From positions 24,985-88,984 of the forward strand of contig JBBTTA010000003.1 in NCBI GenBank assembly GCA_038064475.1: a DNA stretch of 64,000 bases. Reading direction: 5' to 3'. The notes below the pieces were generated by a model that was not told the DNA's origin, did no database searches, and saw only the letters and a list, made by a program, of their open reading frames with translations. Within the stretch, counting starts at the first letter, position 1; every line of letters starts with the position of its first letter. Positions 9,808 through 19,638 of the stretch are shown here, piece by piece. The stretch is from Patescibacteria group bacterium. GTDB taxonomy: Bacteria > Patescibacteriota > Minisyncoccia > Phycocordibacterales > EsbW-18. Made by a program: the position numbers and the translations under genes.

Positions 9808-11163
9808 ATGCCCTTCGATTTGAAAGCACTGAACGTTGTCTTGGAAGAACTCGAGAATGAACGCGGTATCTCAAAAGAAAAAACAATTGAAGCGATTGAA
9901 CACGCGCTTGCAACTGCATACAAAAAAGAATTTGGAAAACGCGATCAAGTTATTCGCGCGCATTTTGATATGAATGTCGGCACAACAGAATTCGAACAAG
10001 TAAAAACAGTTGTTGATGAAACAACAGTTCGCTTCAAAGAAGAAGGTGAGGAAGAAATCGAAACGAACGAAGGGCACATGCGACACAACGACACGATGTC
10101 AGAAGACGTTAGTGAAGATGGTGAAGTTCGTCTTCCACTCTTCTCTCCTGAAAAACACATGTTGCTTGCCGACGCACAAAAAATTAAGAAGGGTGCTGTT
10201 GTTGGAGATGAACTCATCTTCCCTCTCGACACAAAAGAAGATTTCGGACGCATTGCTGCGCAAACTGCAAAGCAGATGGTGATTCAAAAAATTCGCGAAG
10301 CAGAAAAAGAACACTTGTCGAAAGAATTCGGTGAGCGCGAAGGAGAAATTGTGTCAGGTACCGTGCAACGCATCGAGCGCGGAAATATTTTCGTTGACCT
10401 CGGACGTGCAGTTGGTGTGCTCGCATACGACGAACAAATCCCCGGCGAACGGTACCGTGCAGGTGAACGCATTCGCGCATACCTCTACCGCGTCGAAGAA
10501 TCTGCACGTGGCGTGTTCTTGCGTCTCTCACGATCACATCCAAACTTCCTCGTTCGTCTCTTTGAAAACGAATCCCCTGAAGTTGCACAAGGCACCGTTG
10601 AATTGAAAGCGATCGCACGTGAACCAGGTTCACGATCAAAAGTTGCGGTCTTCTCAAACGACTCACACGTTGATCCTGTTGGCGCACTCGTTGGTCAGCG
10701 TGGCGTACGCGTTTCAACCGTAATGTCAGAGTTGGGTGGAGAAAAAATTGACGTCATCGAATGGTCAGAAAATCCTGAACACTTTATTGAAGACGCACTC
10801 TCACCTGCAAAGATTATTTCTGTCGATATCACCGACGAAGAAGCACATCAAGCAGTCGTGCGCGTAACCGATGATCAGCAATCACTCGCAATCGGCCGCG
10901 GCGGACAAAACGTCCGCCTTGCCGCAAAACTCACCGGCTGGCGCATCGATATTCAGTCGACCAGCACAGCTGAAGGTGCTGAAAGTACACCCGTTGAGGC
11001 CTCTTCACCTGAAACAGAAATAGTGACAGAACCCGCCGAAGAAACTCCAACGGTATCAGCAGATCCAGAAACAGCTCCAGTGGCTGATGAAACACCAAAA
11101 GAAGAATCAACTCCTAGTGAAACAGGCAAACCAGCAACTTCAGAGGAGATAAAATTTAAATAA
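9808..11163 (+). CDS. nusA: Transcription termination/antitermination factor NusA
   Basis: 451 aa; N-terminal NusA domain, S1 domain (GEIVSGTVQRIERGNIFVDLG), KH domains (LVGQRGVRVS...IDVIEW), acidic C-terminal extension. Confidence 0.95.
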   Translation: MPFDLKALNVVLEELENERGISKEKTIEAIEHALATAYKKEFGKRDQVIRAHFDMNVGTTEFEQVKTVVDETTVRFKEEGEEEIETNEGHMRHNDTMSEDVSEDGEVRLPLFSPEKHMLLADAQKIKKGAVVGDELIFPLDTKEDFGRIAAQTAKQMVIQKIREAEKEHLSKEFGEREGEIVSGTVQRIERGNIFVDLGRAVGVLAYDEQIPGERYRAGERIRAYLYRVEESARGVFLRLSRSHPNFLVRLFENESPEVAQGTVELKAIAREPGSRSKVAVFSNDSHVDPVGALVGQRGVRVSTVMSELGGEKIDVIEWSENPEHFIEDALSPAKIISVDITDEEAHQAVVRVTDDQQSLAIGRGGQNVRLAAKLTGWRIDIQSTSTAEGAESTPVEASSPETEIVTEPAEETPTVSADPETAPVADETPKEESTPSETGKPATSEEIKFK

Positions 11164-11196
11164 AATCTTTCCTTGACTTACTAACTTCTACTTTAC

Positions 11197-11730
11197 ATGA
11201 ATTTGTGGCATGACGTCTCAACAGGAGACAATACACCGGACGAGGTGAACATTGTTGTTGAAATCAACAAAGGTTCAAAGAACAAATACGAAATCGACAA
11301 AACAACGGGACTCATCGCGCTTGATCGCGTGATGCACACGTCACAAGACTATCCTTTCGATTACGGTTTTGTTCCTCGCTCATACTGGCACGACAAAGAC
11401 CCTCTCGATGTGGTGGTGTTGACGACGCATCCATTGATGCCCGGTATCCTCGCTACGGTCCGTCCTGTCGCCATCATGAACATGCTCGACAACAATCAAG
11501 GCGACGACAAACTCATCTGCGTTCCTGTTGATGATCCTCGCTTTGAACACGTGCACGATCTCAAGGACATCCACAAACACACACTCAAAGAAATAGAGCA
11601 TTTCTTTTCAACGTATAAGAAAATTCAGAATAAGCCAGTTGAGGTGACTGGTTTCAAGGGTGTTATTGAGGCGAAGACCGCTCTCAACGAAGCGCTTGCG
11701 CTCTACAAAAAAGAATTTCCAAAAGCATAG
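11197..11730 (+). CDS. ppa: Inorganic pyrophosphatase (family I)
   Basis: 177 aa; VVEINKGSKNKYEID...DYGFVP...DPLDVVVL signature. Confidence 0.9.
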   Translation: MNLWHDVSTGDNTPDEVNIVVEINKGSKNKYEIDKTTGLIALDRVMHTSQDYPFDYGFVPRSYWHDKDPLDVVVLTTHPLMPGILATVRPVAIMNMLDNNQGDDKLICVPVDDPRFEHVHDLKDIHKHTLKEIEHFFSTYKKIQNKPVEVTGFKGVIEAKTALNEALALYKKEFPKA

Positions 11731-11866
11731 CTACAGAGCCACCGTGCACAAAAACACCCTGCATGAAGCGGGGTGTTTTTGTACTCCAGAGACATGCCTC
11801 ACGTAACCTTCACTTTTGCTACGTTCATATATACAATGTTTCCATACCAATATAATCATTACGTCT

Positions 11867-12469
11867 ATGAAAAAAGTATTACTTCTTATTGTCGGACTCG
11901 CACTTGTTACACCATTGGTGTTTGCTCGCGCGGAGGATGATGCAACAAGTTCATCAGTGTGGTCATCTGTTCGCAAAGCAAAAGATGTGAGCGCAGAAAT
12001 GCAAAAGCGTCAGGACCTCATGAAAGAAAACATAGAGGAACGCCGCGCAGAGTGGACAGAAAAGAAAGATGCAATACGAGAAGCCGCAGGTGTATTTATT
12101 TTCCGTATCAAAGCACACTTCGGTTGGGCAATTGAGTGGTTGCAAAACATTCACGACCGCATGCTTGCACAAGTTGAAAAGATTGAAGACGAAACAGATG
12201 CAGATCTCTCTATTGCAAAAGAACACCTCGATGATGCACAGACGCACATCAATGACGCCGCTGACGCCCTTGAAGATATTATCGTAATTGCTGATGAGGA
12301 CGATGAAGCAACAACAACCGTGAAAGACAAGGTTGCTGGCGTTCGTGCCCAATTTGCAACGGTAAAAGAGCACATCCAAGCTGCGCGCGAATCACTCCGC
12401 CTCGCAATGCAGGAGATTAAGGCAAACTGGCCAAAGAAAGATAGCGAAAGTGACGAAGATAGTGAATAA
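11867..12469 (+). CDS. Secreted coiled-coil hypothetical protein
   Basis: Start at MKKVLLLIVGLALVTPLVFARA signal peptide (ATG 11867); rest charged/helical. Confidence 0.55.
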   Translation: MKKVLLLIVGLALVTPLVFARAEDDATSSSVWSSVRKAKDVSAEMQKRQDLMKENIEERRAEWTEKKDAIREAAGVFIFRIKAHFGWAIEWLQNIHDRMLAQVEKIEDETDADLSIAKEHLDDAQTHINDAADALEDIIVIADEDDEATTTVKDKVAGVRAQFATVKEHIQAARESLRLAMQEIKANWPKKDSESDEDSE

Positions 12470-12503
12470 TACTAGTACCTTTACCCACTAATTAACTAGC
12501 AGT

Positions 12504-12743
12504 ATGGAAATGGAAACAAACATAATACAGCAACCAGCATCAAACAACGGTCCAGTTGTTGGAATCATTGTTGTGATTATCGTGCTTTTGGTTGGTGCAT
12601 TCTACTACTTCGGCGCACTCCGCCAGCCAATGTTGCCTGTTGAAGAAACAGCGACGACAACCGATGATTCTCTCGAGACAATCGAAGCTGATCTCGAATC
12701 AGGAGATCTCGACAATATCGACGCAGAGTTGAACGCGTACTAA
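12504..12743 (+). CDS. Small single-TM membrane protein
   Basis: 79 aa, TM VVGIIVVIIVLLVGAFYYFGAL, acidic tail. Confidence 0.5.
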   Translation: MEMETNIIQQPASNNGPVVGIIVVIIVLLVGAFYYFGALRQPMLPVEETATTTDDSLETIEADLESGDLDNIDAELNAY

Positions 12744-12762
12744 ACAAAAACGGTTCGCATCA

Positions 12763-12790
12763 AAAAATCCCGCCTCATGCGGGATTTTTT
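12763..12790 (+). terminator. Rho-independent (bidirectional) terminator
   Basis: aaaaaatcccgc-ctcat-gcgggatttttt. Confidence 0.75.
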
Positions 12791-12817
12791 GATGCTTATT
12801 TTCCAAACGCTTGTCGC

Positions 12818-13912
12818 ATGCTACACTCTCCGCACATGACAAAAGCAAACATCACCACAAACAACAATGCAACGGTAACTATTGAAGGCGAGCTCCCACA
12901 CGAAGCCCTCAAAAAGCACCGTGCCGCATCCCTAAAACACTTGGGAAGTAAGGTTAAAATCGATGGTTTTCGTGAAGGTCACATCCCTGAAAACATCCTT
13001 ATTGACCGCATTGGCGAATACACCCTCCTCCAAGAAATGGCCGAGCGAGCACTTTCTGAGCACTATCCCCTTCTTCTTGTTGAACATAAGATTGATGCAA
13101 TCGGCCGCCCTGATATTTCAGTAACAAAACTCGCAGCAGGAAATCCTCTTGGTTTCAAAATTACAACAGCAGTCATGCCTGTCGTTGAACTTCCCGACTA
13201 CGCAACGCTTGCAAAAGATGCAGCAAAGAAAATTGGAAATGAACCTGATCTCGTGACTGAAGAAGATATCGATAAAGTTGTCGGACAACTTCTAGCAGAG
13301 AAACAAAAAGCAGAATCAGAAAAAACAAATCCGCCAGCTGGCGGACAGAAAACAGAAAACAAAGAAGAACTTACAAAAATGACTGATGATGTCGCAAAAA
13401 CATTTGGTCCTTTTGAAAACGTTCAACAGCTTCGTGCAAAAATCCGCGAAGGAATGGAGGCCGACAAAAAACGTCAACACATTGAGAAAAAGCGCGTGGA
13501 AATCATGGAGGTAATCATGAATGAGACAAAAGTTGTCATTCCTGACGTTCTTATTGATGCGGAGTTAAACAAACTCATGGCACAAATCTCACACGACGTT
13601 GAACACATGGGTATGAAACATGAAGACTACCTCAAAGCGATCGGAAAAACTGATGAGGATTTGCGCAAAGAATTTCGTCCCGACGCAGAGAAGCGCGCGA
13701 AAAGTCAGCTTGTCTTGAATGCGATTGCGTCAAAAGAAAATATTAAACCAGATCAAAAAGAGTTGGACCACGAAGTTGAACACCTTTTGTCACACCACAT
13801 GCCAAAGGGCGCTTCCGTTGGTGAACGTGAACGACAATCAGCAACCATTTACGTTGAAACACTCATGACAAATCAGAAAGTCTTGGAATTTTTAGAAAAA
13901 CAAGGAATGTAA
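12818..13912 (+). CDS. tig: Trigger factor
   Basis: 364 aa, N-terminal ribosome-binding domain with GFREGHIPENIL; directly upstream of clpP (conserved tig-clpP synteny). True start may be the internal Met at 12836. Confidence 0.8.
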   Translation: MLHSPHMTKANITTNNNATVTIEGELPHEALKKHRAASLKHLGSKVKIDGFREGHIPENILIDRIGEYTLLQEMAERALSEHYPLLLVEHKIDAIGRPDISVTKLAAGNPLGFKITTAVMPVVELPDYATLAKDAAKKIGNEPDLVTEEDIDKVVGQLLAEKQKAESEKTNPPAGGQKTENKEELTKMTDDVAKTFGPFENVQQLRAKIREGMEADKKRQHIEKKRVEIMEVIMNETKVVIPDVLIDAELNKLMAQISHDVEHMGMKHEDYLKAIGKTDEDLRKEFRPDAEKRAKSQLVLNAIASKENIKPDQKELDHEVEHLLSHHMPKGASVGERERQSATIYVETLMTNQKVLEFLEKQGM

Positions 13913-13919
13913 GTCTCTC

Positions 13920-13980
13920 GTGTTAAACACTCAGTGTTTAACACGGTTGTTATTCTCTAATTCGTGCGAATTAGAGAATA
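13920..13980. repeat. Two adjacent perfect palindromes (gtgttaaacac-tca-gtgtttaacac; tattctctaattcg-tg-cgaattagagaata)
   Basis: Read directly; the first is a family member of the palindromes at 3450..3470 and 39065..39089 (shared core acactcNgtgt). Confidence 0.8.
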
Positions 13981-13989
13981 GTTGAGAAG

Positions 13990-14018
13990 TTGAAACTAAA
14001 GAAAATCTGGCGTACAAT
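13990..14018 (+). promoter_or_regulatory. Candidate sigma70-type promoter for clpP (TTGAAA-17nt-TACAAT)
   Basis: -35 ttgaaa at 13990..13995 and -10 tacaat at 14013..14018 with 17-nt spacing, about 50 nt before the clpP start. Confidence 0.4.
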
Positions 14019-14068
14019 GGTCTAAATTACAAGCTTGATTCGTGATTCTTAATTCTTGCTTCTATTCT

Positions 14069-14665
14069 ATGCTTATCCCAACAGTTATTGAGAAGTCCAC
14101 GTACGGAGAGCGCGCATATGACATTTACTCGCGCCTTTTGAAGGACCGCATTGTTTTCCTTGGCGGCTCAATTGATGACCACTCGGCAAATATCATCATT
14201 GCCCAGCTCCTTCACCTTGAATCACAAGACCCTGATAAAGATATTTCTCTCTACGTTAACTCTCCAGGTGGCTCTATTTCAGCAGGACTTGCCATTATTG
14301 ATGCAATGAACCACATCAAACCAGCTGTTTCTACGGTCTGTGTTGGTATTGCCGCTTCAATGGGTGCATGGATTTTGGCCGCAGGTGAGAAAGGAAAGCG
14401 TTTTGCCCTTCCCAATGCCGAGGTCATGATTCACCAACCTCTCGCATTCGGTGTTGAAGGTCAGGCAACAGATATTGCCATCAGCGCAGAGCACATCATC
14501 AAACTTAAGAAACAAATGGTTAAAATCTTGGCGGAGACAACAGGTCAGAGTGAAGAAAAGATCCAAAAAGACGTTGATCGAGACTTCTATCTCTCGGCTG
14601 AAGAAGCCAAGAAATACGGTGTCATTGACGAAGTAATGACGAAAAAGGGTCAAAAGAAGAAATAG
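14069..14665 (+). CDS. clpP: ATP-dependent Clp protease proteolytic subunit
   Basis: Start at [24 protein letters not shown] (canonical ClpP N-terminus); catalytic Ser (GIAASMGA) and His (IHQPL) motifs. Confidence 0.95.
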   Translation: MLIPTVIEKSTYGERAYDIYSRLLKDRIVFLGGSIDDHSANIIIAQLLHLESQDPDKDISLYVNSPGGSISAGLAIIDAMNHIKPAVSTVCVGIAASMGAWILAAGEKGKRFALPNAEVMIHQPLAFGVEGQATDIAISAEHIIKLKKQMVKILAETTGQSEEKIQKDVDRDFYLSAEEAKKYGVIDEVMTKKGQKKK

Positions 14666-14668
14666 CAC

Positions 14669-14698
14669 AAAAAACCTCGCCGAAAGCGAGGTTTTTTG
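14669..14698 (+). terminator. Rho-independent terminator after clpP
   Basis: aaaaaacctcgc-cgaaa-gcgaggtttttt. Confidence 0.75.
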
Positions 14699-14898
14699 TG
14701 CGTTCCCTTGCCCTATTCTTCTCGAAAGCGTATGATGAGAACATTAGTACTTAGAGAACGCCGAACACTTGAACGAAACGAAAGGACACACCGTACTATG
14801 ATTTCCTCATCAACAATTGCTAAAACGCTTTTACACTCGCACGATTTTTGTCGTTTGGAACCATAGACATTTCAAGTGACGGCGGTTAATGAAACCGT

Positions 14899-16428
14899 AT
14901 GTCATTACAACTAGCATTCTTCCTCCTCGCAGTCACAGGAGTCGTTGGTGTTGGTTTGGGTTACTTCATCCGTTACCTCGTCGGACTTGGTAAGCGTGGA
15001 TCTGTCGAACTCGAAATCAAACGAAAACTTCTTGAGACACAGGAACAAGCAAATAAAATAATTCAGCAGGCAGAAGAAGAGGCGGCACAGACGATAGAGA
15101 TAGGTCGCGAAGAGTTGCGCGAACGCGAAGAGAAGGCCCTTAAGACAGAAGAACGCCTCATTAAAAAGGAGGAGCTTTTGGATAATCGTCAGCAAGACAT
15201 CGACGCGTCTGCAGAAGAACTGAAAGAAAAGGCTGAAGATATTGAAACACTTCGCGAAGATACCGAACACGTGAAGGCACAACACGAAGAGGCACTCGTG
15301 CGTGTTGCTCGTCTCACTGAAAACGAAGCACGTGAGATGTTGTTGCGTGAAATTGAAAAGAAACACGGAGAAGATCTCGTCATGCGCATGCGCAAACTTG
15401 AAGTTGGTGGCCGTGAACAACTTGAAAAGAAAGCGCAGGATATTCTGGTGACTTCAATTCACCGACTCGGCAACAATGTGTCATCAGACATCATGTCGTC
15501 GACAATCGAACTCCCTTCTGAAGACGTCAAAGGAAAGATCATCGGAAAGGAAGGACGCAACATCAAAGCGTTCGAGCGCGCATCAGGTGTTGAAGTGGTT
15601 ATCGACGATACACCAGGCTCAATTATTCTTTCCTCATTTGATCCTGTGCGTCGTGCAGTTGCCAAAATGGCCTTGGAGCGCCTCATAAAAGACGGGCGCA
15701 TCCAACCAGCGCGTATTGAAGAAGAAGTTGAAAAGTCACGTCAGGAAATCAATAACATCATTAAAGAAAAGGGTGAGCAAGCAGCGTACGAAGCTGGTGT
15801 GTTCAATCTTGATCCACGCATCATTTCAATTCTTGGACGACTTCACTTCCGTACAAGCTACGGACAAAACGTTCTCGCCCATTCGGTTGAGATGGCGCAT
15901 CTTGCCGGCATGCTTGCAGAAGAACTCGGAGGTGATGTTGCTATTGCGAAAGCAGGAGCACTCGTGCACGACATCGGAAAAGCAGTTGATCACGAAATTC
16001 AAGGCACACATGTTGAAATCGGACGTCGCATCTTGCAAAAGTTTGGTGCTGACGAGAGCATAGTGAAAGCGATGCAAGCGCATCACGAAGAATATCCGTA
16101 CGAAACAATTGAATCGATTATCGTGCAGGTTGCTGATGCTGTGTCAGGTTCTCGCCCCGGTGCACGACGTGACACCGTTGAAAACTACTTGAAACGCTTG
16201 GCTGACCTTGAAAATATTGCGAACTCATTTGAAGGCGTTGATAAGTCATACGCCATTCAAGCAGGACGTGAAATTCGTATCTTTGTTCGCCCAGAACAAG
16301 TGACTGACATCGAGGCACAAAAACTTGCGCGCGATATTGCAGGAAAGATTGAAGCGGAATTAAAATATCCGGGAGAAATAAAAGTAAACGTCATCAGAGA
16401 AAACAGAGTGATAGAGTACGCGCGATAA
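14899..16428 (+). CDS. rny: Ribonuclease Y
   Basis: 509 aa; N-terminal TM helix, coiled-coil, KH domain (GKIIGKEGRNIKAFE), HD domain (HSVEMAHLAG...LVHDIGKA). Confidence 0.9.
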   Translation: MSLQLAFFLLAVTGVVGVGLGYFIRYLVGLGKRGSVELEIKRKLLETQEQANKIIQQAEEEAAQTIEIGREELREREEKALKTEERLIKKEELLDNRQQDIDASAEELKEKAEDIETLREDTEHVKAQHEEALVRVARLTENEAREMLLREIEKKHGEDLVMRMRKLEVGGREQLEKKAQDILVTSIHRLGNNVSSDIMSSTIELPSEDVKGKIIGKEGRNIKAFERASGVEVVIDDTPGSIILSSFDPVRRAVAKMALERLIKDGRIQPARIEEEVEKSRQEINNIIKEKGEQAAYEAGVFNLDPRIISILGRLHFRTSYGQNVLAHSVEMAHLAGMLAEELGGDVAIAKAGALVHDIGKAVDHEIQGTHVEIGRRILQKFGADESIVKAMQAHHEEYPYETIESIIVQVADAVSGSRPGARRDTVENYLKRLADLENIANSFEGVDKSYAIQAGREIRIFVRPEQVTDIEAQKLARDIAGKIEAELKYPGEIKVNVIRENRVIEYAR

Positions 16429-16439
16429 AAAGAAAACCG

Positions 16440-16475
16440 CCCAGCTCCAGTTCAAAAACTAGGGCTGGACAGTTT
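16440..16475. terminator. Hairpin terminator; inverted copy of the dispersed element at 27541..27580
   Basis: cgcccagctccagttcaaaaactagggctggaca is approximately the reverse complement of the 27541 hairpin. Confidence 0.5.
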
Positions 16476-16488
16476 CGTTTTGAAAAGC

Positions 16489-16797
16489 TCAGAGACGATG
16501 TCGCTCTTTGTGGTACTTGAGCCACGCATCCGCCTGATGTTCGACACTCCCTGCGTCCTTGCACCGAACATTCATCTCCTCTGTCTTCGTATTGTCGAGA
16601 AGAAATGTATGGTCAGGAAGTGGGAAAATTCGAATATACTCGGTGGACATGTTCCCCAACTGCAATCGCCACTGCCCCGCAAGCCGTCTGTCCAAAAAGT
16701 CCTCGAAGGGCTGTACCCAGGTGAGCGCATGCTTGGTGATTGGCGGTGATGGCACAAGAGAAATCAAGTCTTCATTCCGTCTTGATGCTGGGCTCAT
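16489..16797 (-). CDS. Hypothetical protein
   Basis: 102 aa ORF, no recognisable domain. Confidence 0.4.
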   Translation of the reverse strand: MSPASRRNEDLISLVPSPPITKHALTWVQPFEDFLDRRLAGQWRLQLGNMSTEYIRIFPLPDHTFLLDNTKTEEMNVRCKDAGSVEHQADAWLKYHKERHRL

Positions 16798-16955
16798 ATA
16801 GCTCCTCTCTCGAAAAAGACCGTCTATCTAGGAACGTTGTACCTTATCCGCAGGTATTTTTCAATAGAGGGGCCAAAAATCACATTATTGAGCACACACA
16901 CTATATAAAAGAATTAAGCCGTTGGTCGCAGTGCGACCAACGGCTTTTCTTATTC

Positions 16956-17270
16956 TTATGCGCACGCATCCGCATGACTCTCAGCCTCAAATTCGGCATC
17001 GTTGTTTCTCTCGGATTCCCAACTCCGAATGATGCGCTCCACACCCTGAATTCCTCCAGTACAGAGCCAGACACTTCCCACATCACCTTCTCGTGTGCAA
17101 TCGTGGACTTCATGCATTCCACGGTTATCGACCTTCACGACTTGATAGATTTCTCTGCCGTAGTAGCTGTACGTCCATCCTCCATACCGACTCTGAGGAT
17201 TCCAAAGAAACAGCCTCCTTCCGTTCAGGGTTTCAACATAGAAGGCTTTTCCTTCTCTAATACTGGTCAT
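16956..17270 (-). CDS. Hypothetical protein
   Basis: 104 aa ORF followed (minus sense) by hairpin gccgttggtcgc-agt-gcgaccaacggc at 16921..16950. Confidence 0.45.
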   Translation of the reverse strand: MTSIREGKAFYVETLNGRRLFLWNPQSRYGGWTYSYYGREIYQVVKVDNRGMHEVHDCTREGDVGSVWLCTGGIQGVERIIRSWESERNNDAEFEAESHADACA

Positions 17271-17302
17271 TTAATCTCCCTCAATTGAAGATCACCTACT
17301 AA

Positions 17303-17482
17303 AAGTATACCCAGCACTAAAGCATTAACGAAATTGATGTTGGTAGTACACAACAGTTTAGTGCTGGGTATACATTGTACCCATATTTTAAGCCACAAAA
17401 TATGTGTTTTGGCGAAAAAACGGCCCTGTTAACGTATCCACACCTCCCTTGCGGCTCTATTTCAGGGTGGGTATACTTTTAC
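17303..17482. repeat. Three copies of an approximately 20-bp motif TTTAGTGCNGGGTATACTTT upstream of hup (one inverted, two direct), forming a 17-bp perfect inverted repeat
   Basis: aaagtatacccagcactaaa (17303..17322) versus tttagtgctgggtatac (17346..17362); partial copy agggtgggtatacttttac at 17462..17482. Confidence 0.7.
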
Positions 17483-17526
17483 TAGTCGAAAAAACAAGTA
17501 ATTTAAAGGTGTAATTCAATCATCGT

Positions 17527-17799
17527 ATGAACAAAGCAGCACTTGTAGAGAAGATTGCAGAATTCTGCAACACAAAAGCTGATGCAGAACGCGCAGTTGA
17601 AGCGCTCATCAGTGAAATTACTCGATCACTCAAGAGTGGTGAGGATGTTTCAATTGCAGGACTCGGTATTTTCAAAGTGAAGGATCGTGCAGCTCGCACA
17701 GCCCGCAACCCTCGCACAGGCGAAATGGTGAAGGTTCCTGCAACACGCGTTCCAAAGTTCAGCGCCGCAAAGGCATTGAAAGACGCAGTGAAGGGATAG
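17527..17799 (+). CDS. hup: DNA-binding protein HU
   Basis: 90 aa; MNKAALVEKIA...GLGIFKVKDRAARTARNPRTGEMVKVPATRVPKFSAAKALKDAV. Confidence 0.92.
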   Translation: MNKAALVEKIAEFCNTKADAERAVEALISEITRSLKSGEDVSIAGLGIFKVKDRAARTARNPRTGEMVKVPATRVPKFSAAKALKDAVKG

Positions 17800-17826
17800 G
17801 TTTAAGTTTTGTTTTTCTCACGCACA

Positions 17827-17862
17827 AAATCGCCCAAAGAAAATATTCGGGCGATTTTTTGT
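17827..17862 (+). terminator. Rho-independent terminator after hup
   Basis: aaaatcgccc-aaagaaaatattc-gggcgatttttt. Confidence 0.7.
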
Positions 17863-17917
17863 TTGAGAAAAATGCGCGCTTCCAGGGGCACGATTTCACT
17901 GCTATAATCACCAAATC

Positions 17918-17988
17918 GCGGGCATGGTTTAGTGGTAGAATGACTGCCTTCCAAGCAGTAGACGGGAGTTCGATTCTCCCTGCCCGCA
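17918..17988 (+). tRNA. tRNA-Gly (anticodon TCC), no encoded CCA
   Basis: Cloverleaf read by hand: acceptor gcgggca/tgcccgc, anticodon arm actgc-cttccaa-gcagt, T-loop gagttcgattctc. Confidence 0.85.
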
Positions 17989-18167
17989 CAAACAAAGAAA
18001 AGGCCGGCTACATGCCGGTCTTTTCTTATGTTTTGCGAGGCAGAGCAAGCAAACTACTTTGCTTGCGTGGAGAATCGAACGACGGAGCATGTTGCGAAGC
18101 AACAGCGAGTCGCGTCCAGCAGTACTTAGGAGCGAAGCGACTTAGTAACTGCGGGACATTCTCCCCC

Positions 18168-18563
18168 TTACCTAAACCATTCCCGCCCACCATGTGGCCA
18201 ACCGCGCATCAAGAGAAGCGCAAGCGGTGCACCCCAGTTTGCCCAGCGTTCAACGAAGTCCCATATAGGCTCGCCAACAATTGGTCGCATAAGCGCTGTC
18301 CAGAAGCCCCACAACACTGCCCACAAAAGAGCGATGCGAATCGGCTTCACAAGAACGAGAAGTGCAATCAATATATCCATGACACCAACAAGCGTCAAAA
18401 TAGTGAGTGCAGATTCACCTGTTGCACCAGTGAGTTGTGTGACCCATGGTATCCAAGACGCCTTGCCTTGGAGTGCAAACACACCGTGACCAAGAAATTC
18501 TCCAGCAACTGCGATACGAAGAACCCATTCAATTGCTTTTGTGTTCATTTTACGTCTATTCAA
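18168..18563 (-). CDS. Multi-pass membrane protein (DoxX/MauE-like, tentative)
   Basis: 131 aa, four hydrophobic helices. Confidence 0.45.
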   Translation of the reverse strand: MNRRKMNTKAIEWVLRIAVAGEFLGHGVFALQGKASWIPWVTQLTGATGESALTILTLVGVMDILIALLVLVKPIRIALLWAVLWGFWTALMRPIVGEPIWDFVERWANWGAPLALLLMRGWPHGGREWFR

Positions 18564-18598
18564 AATAATAAAAGACCACTTTTAGTGTACGCCGAATA

Positions 18599-18919
18599 TT
18601 ATTTTGAACGAGCGCTGATGTGTATAGCTTCTTCTGCCCATTTTTTAATTTCTTCTGTACTCTCTAAAACATCAGACGGCACTTCGTAATAATTTTTTAA
18701 TACTTGTTTTTCGTTTGGACGAAAACAATCCATATCCTTCGCAATATATTTCTCTCGTGTTTCTTCGTTTGTTTTAAAATACAAAACGCCATCAGCAATC
18801 ACCGCAAAAAAGATGCCTTCCGAATATATGCCATATCCCCCAAACATTTTACGCACGTGAATATCAGGAAGTCCTTCAAGTTGGTCAACAACAAAATCTT
18901 TAAATGAGTCGTCCGTCAT
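18599..18919 (-). CDS. TfoX N-terminal domain protein
   Basis: 106 aa, HVRKMFGGYGIYSEGIFFAVIADGVLYFK matches the TfoX_N pattern. Confidence 0.7.
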   Translation of the reverse strand: MTDDSFKDFVVDQLEGLPDIHVRKMFGGYGIYSEGIFFAVIADGVLYFKTNEETREKYIAKDMDCFRPNEKQVLKNYYEVPSDVLESTEEIKKWAEEAIHISARSK

Positions 18920-18955
18920 ATTTGGATATTAACTTAGTATTTTCCTCTCCATGTG

Positions 18956-19062
18956 AGTGAGCTTATCCTGTTGAAACGACTTGCGAGCGCGACGGCGCGA
19001 GCACGAGGAAAAATTCAGTAGAATTTTATCCGTGCGTTTCAAAAGGACTAAGCGAACAATTG
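18956..19062 (-). repeat. 107-nt structured element immediately 3' of tRNA-Pro; inverted copy of 20167..20274
   Basis: About 90 percent identical to the reverse complement of 20167..20274; 12-bp terminal inverted arms cctgttgaaacg/cgtttcaa(a/c)agg; internal hairpin with compensatory changes. Confidence 0.8.
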
Positions 19063-19133
19063 TCGGGGCGCCGAGAATCGAACTCGGGCTATTTGGTCCC
19101 AAACCAAACGTACTACCGCTATACTACGCCCCG
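19063..19133 (-). tRNA. tRNA-Pro (anticodon TGG), no encoded CCA
   Basis: Minus strand cggggcgtagtatagcggtagtacgtttggtttgggaccaaatagcccgagttcgattctcggcgccccga; anticodon loop tttggga. Confidence 0.85.
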
Positions 19134-19233
19134 AAAAACAACTACCGCACAAACGCGCATTGCCCTACCACTGGTCTCGACAACTATATCACCTGTGTTC
19201 CCATTTCTCCAGTTTTTAAAGCTATTTTCTACT

Positions 19234-19638
19234 TCAACTAAAATCCCCCACATTCTCCAATAGCTCAACCCGAGCTTTTTTTGAACTCTCATCAATCCAA
19301 ACAGCTATCACATCTATCTGATACGGTGTTTCAGGTGAAACGTTATGATCTAATAGGTATGTCTGAATGGCGCGCGCGAGTCTTTTAAGTTTTTCTTTGT
19401 GGACGTTCTCTTCTGGCCTAAATTCATCCATTTTCGTTTCACGTGAAACGAAGTCCTCTACCATTTCACATGAAACAGCTTTAACTTCAACAAATCTAAG
19501 TGTTTTTCCTTTCTTTGCAACAATATCTATTTCTCCCCATTTCCTTAGATAATTCCTATCCAAGATCTTAAAGCCTTGTTTCATGAGAAACGTTTTTGCT
19601 ATATTTTCCCCTAAAATACCTGTTTTTGACGATATCAT
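19234..19638 (-). CDS. YraN/UPF0102 family endonuclease-like protein
   Basis: 134 aa; GEIDIVAKKGKTLRFVEVKAV matches the YraN core (restriction-endonuclease-like fold). Confidence 0.7.
   Translation of the reverse strand: MISSKTGILGENIAKTFLMKQGFKILDRNYLRKWGEIDIVAKKGKTLRFVEVKAVSCEMVEDFVSRETKMDEFRPEENVHKEKLKRLARAIQTYLLDHNVSPETPYQIDVIAVWIDESSKKARVELLENVGDFS

Noticed and set aside
18040-18100. T-loop-like sequence cgttcgattctc (minus sense) suggesting another tRNA
   Set aside because: Flanking bases cannot form a T-stem, D-arm or acceptor stem; no cloverleaf can be drawn.
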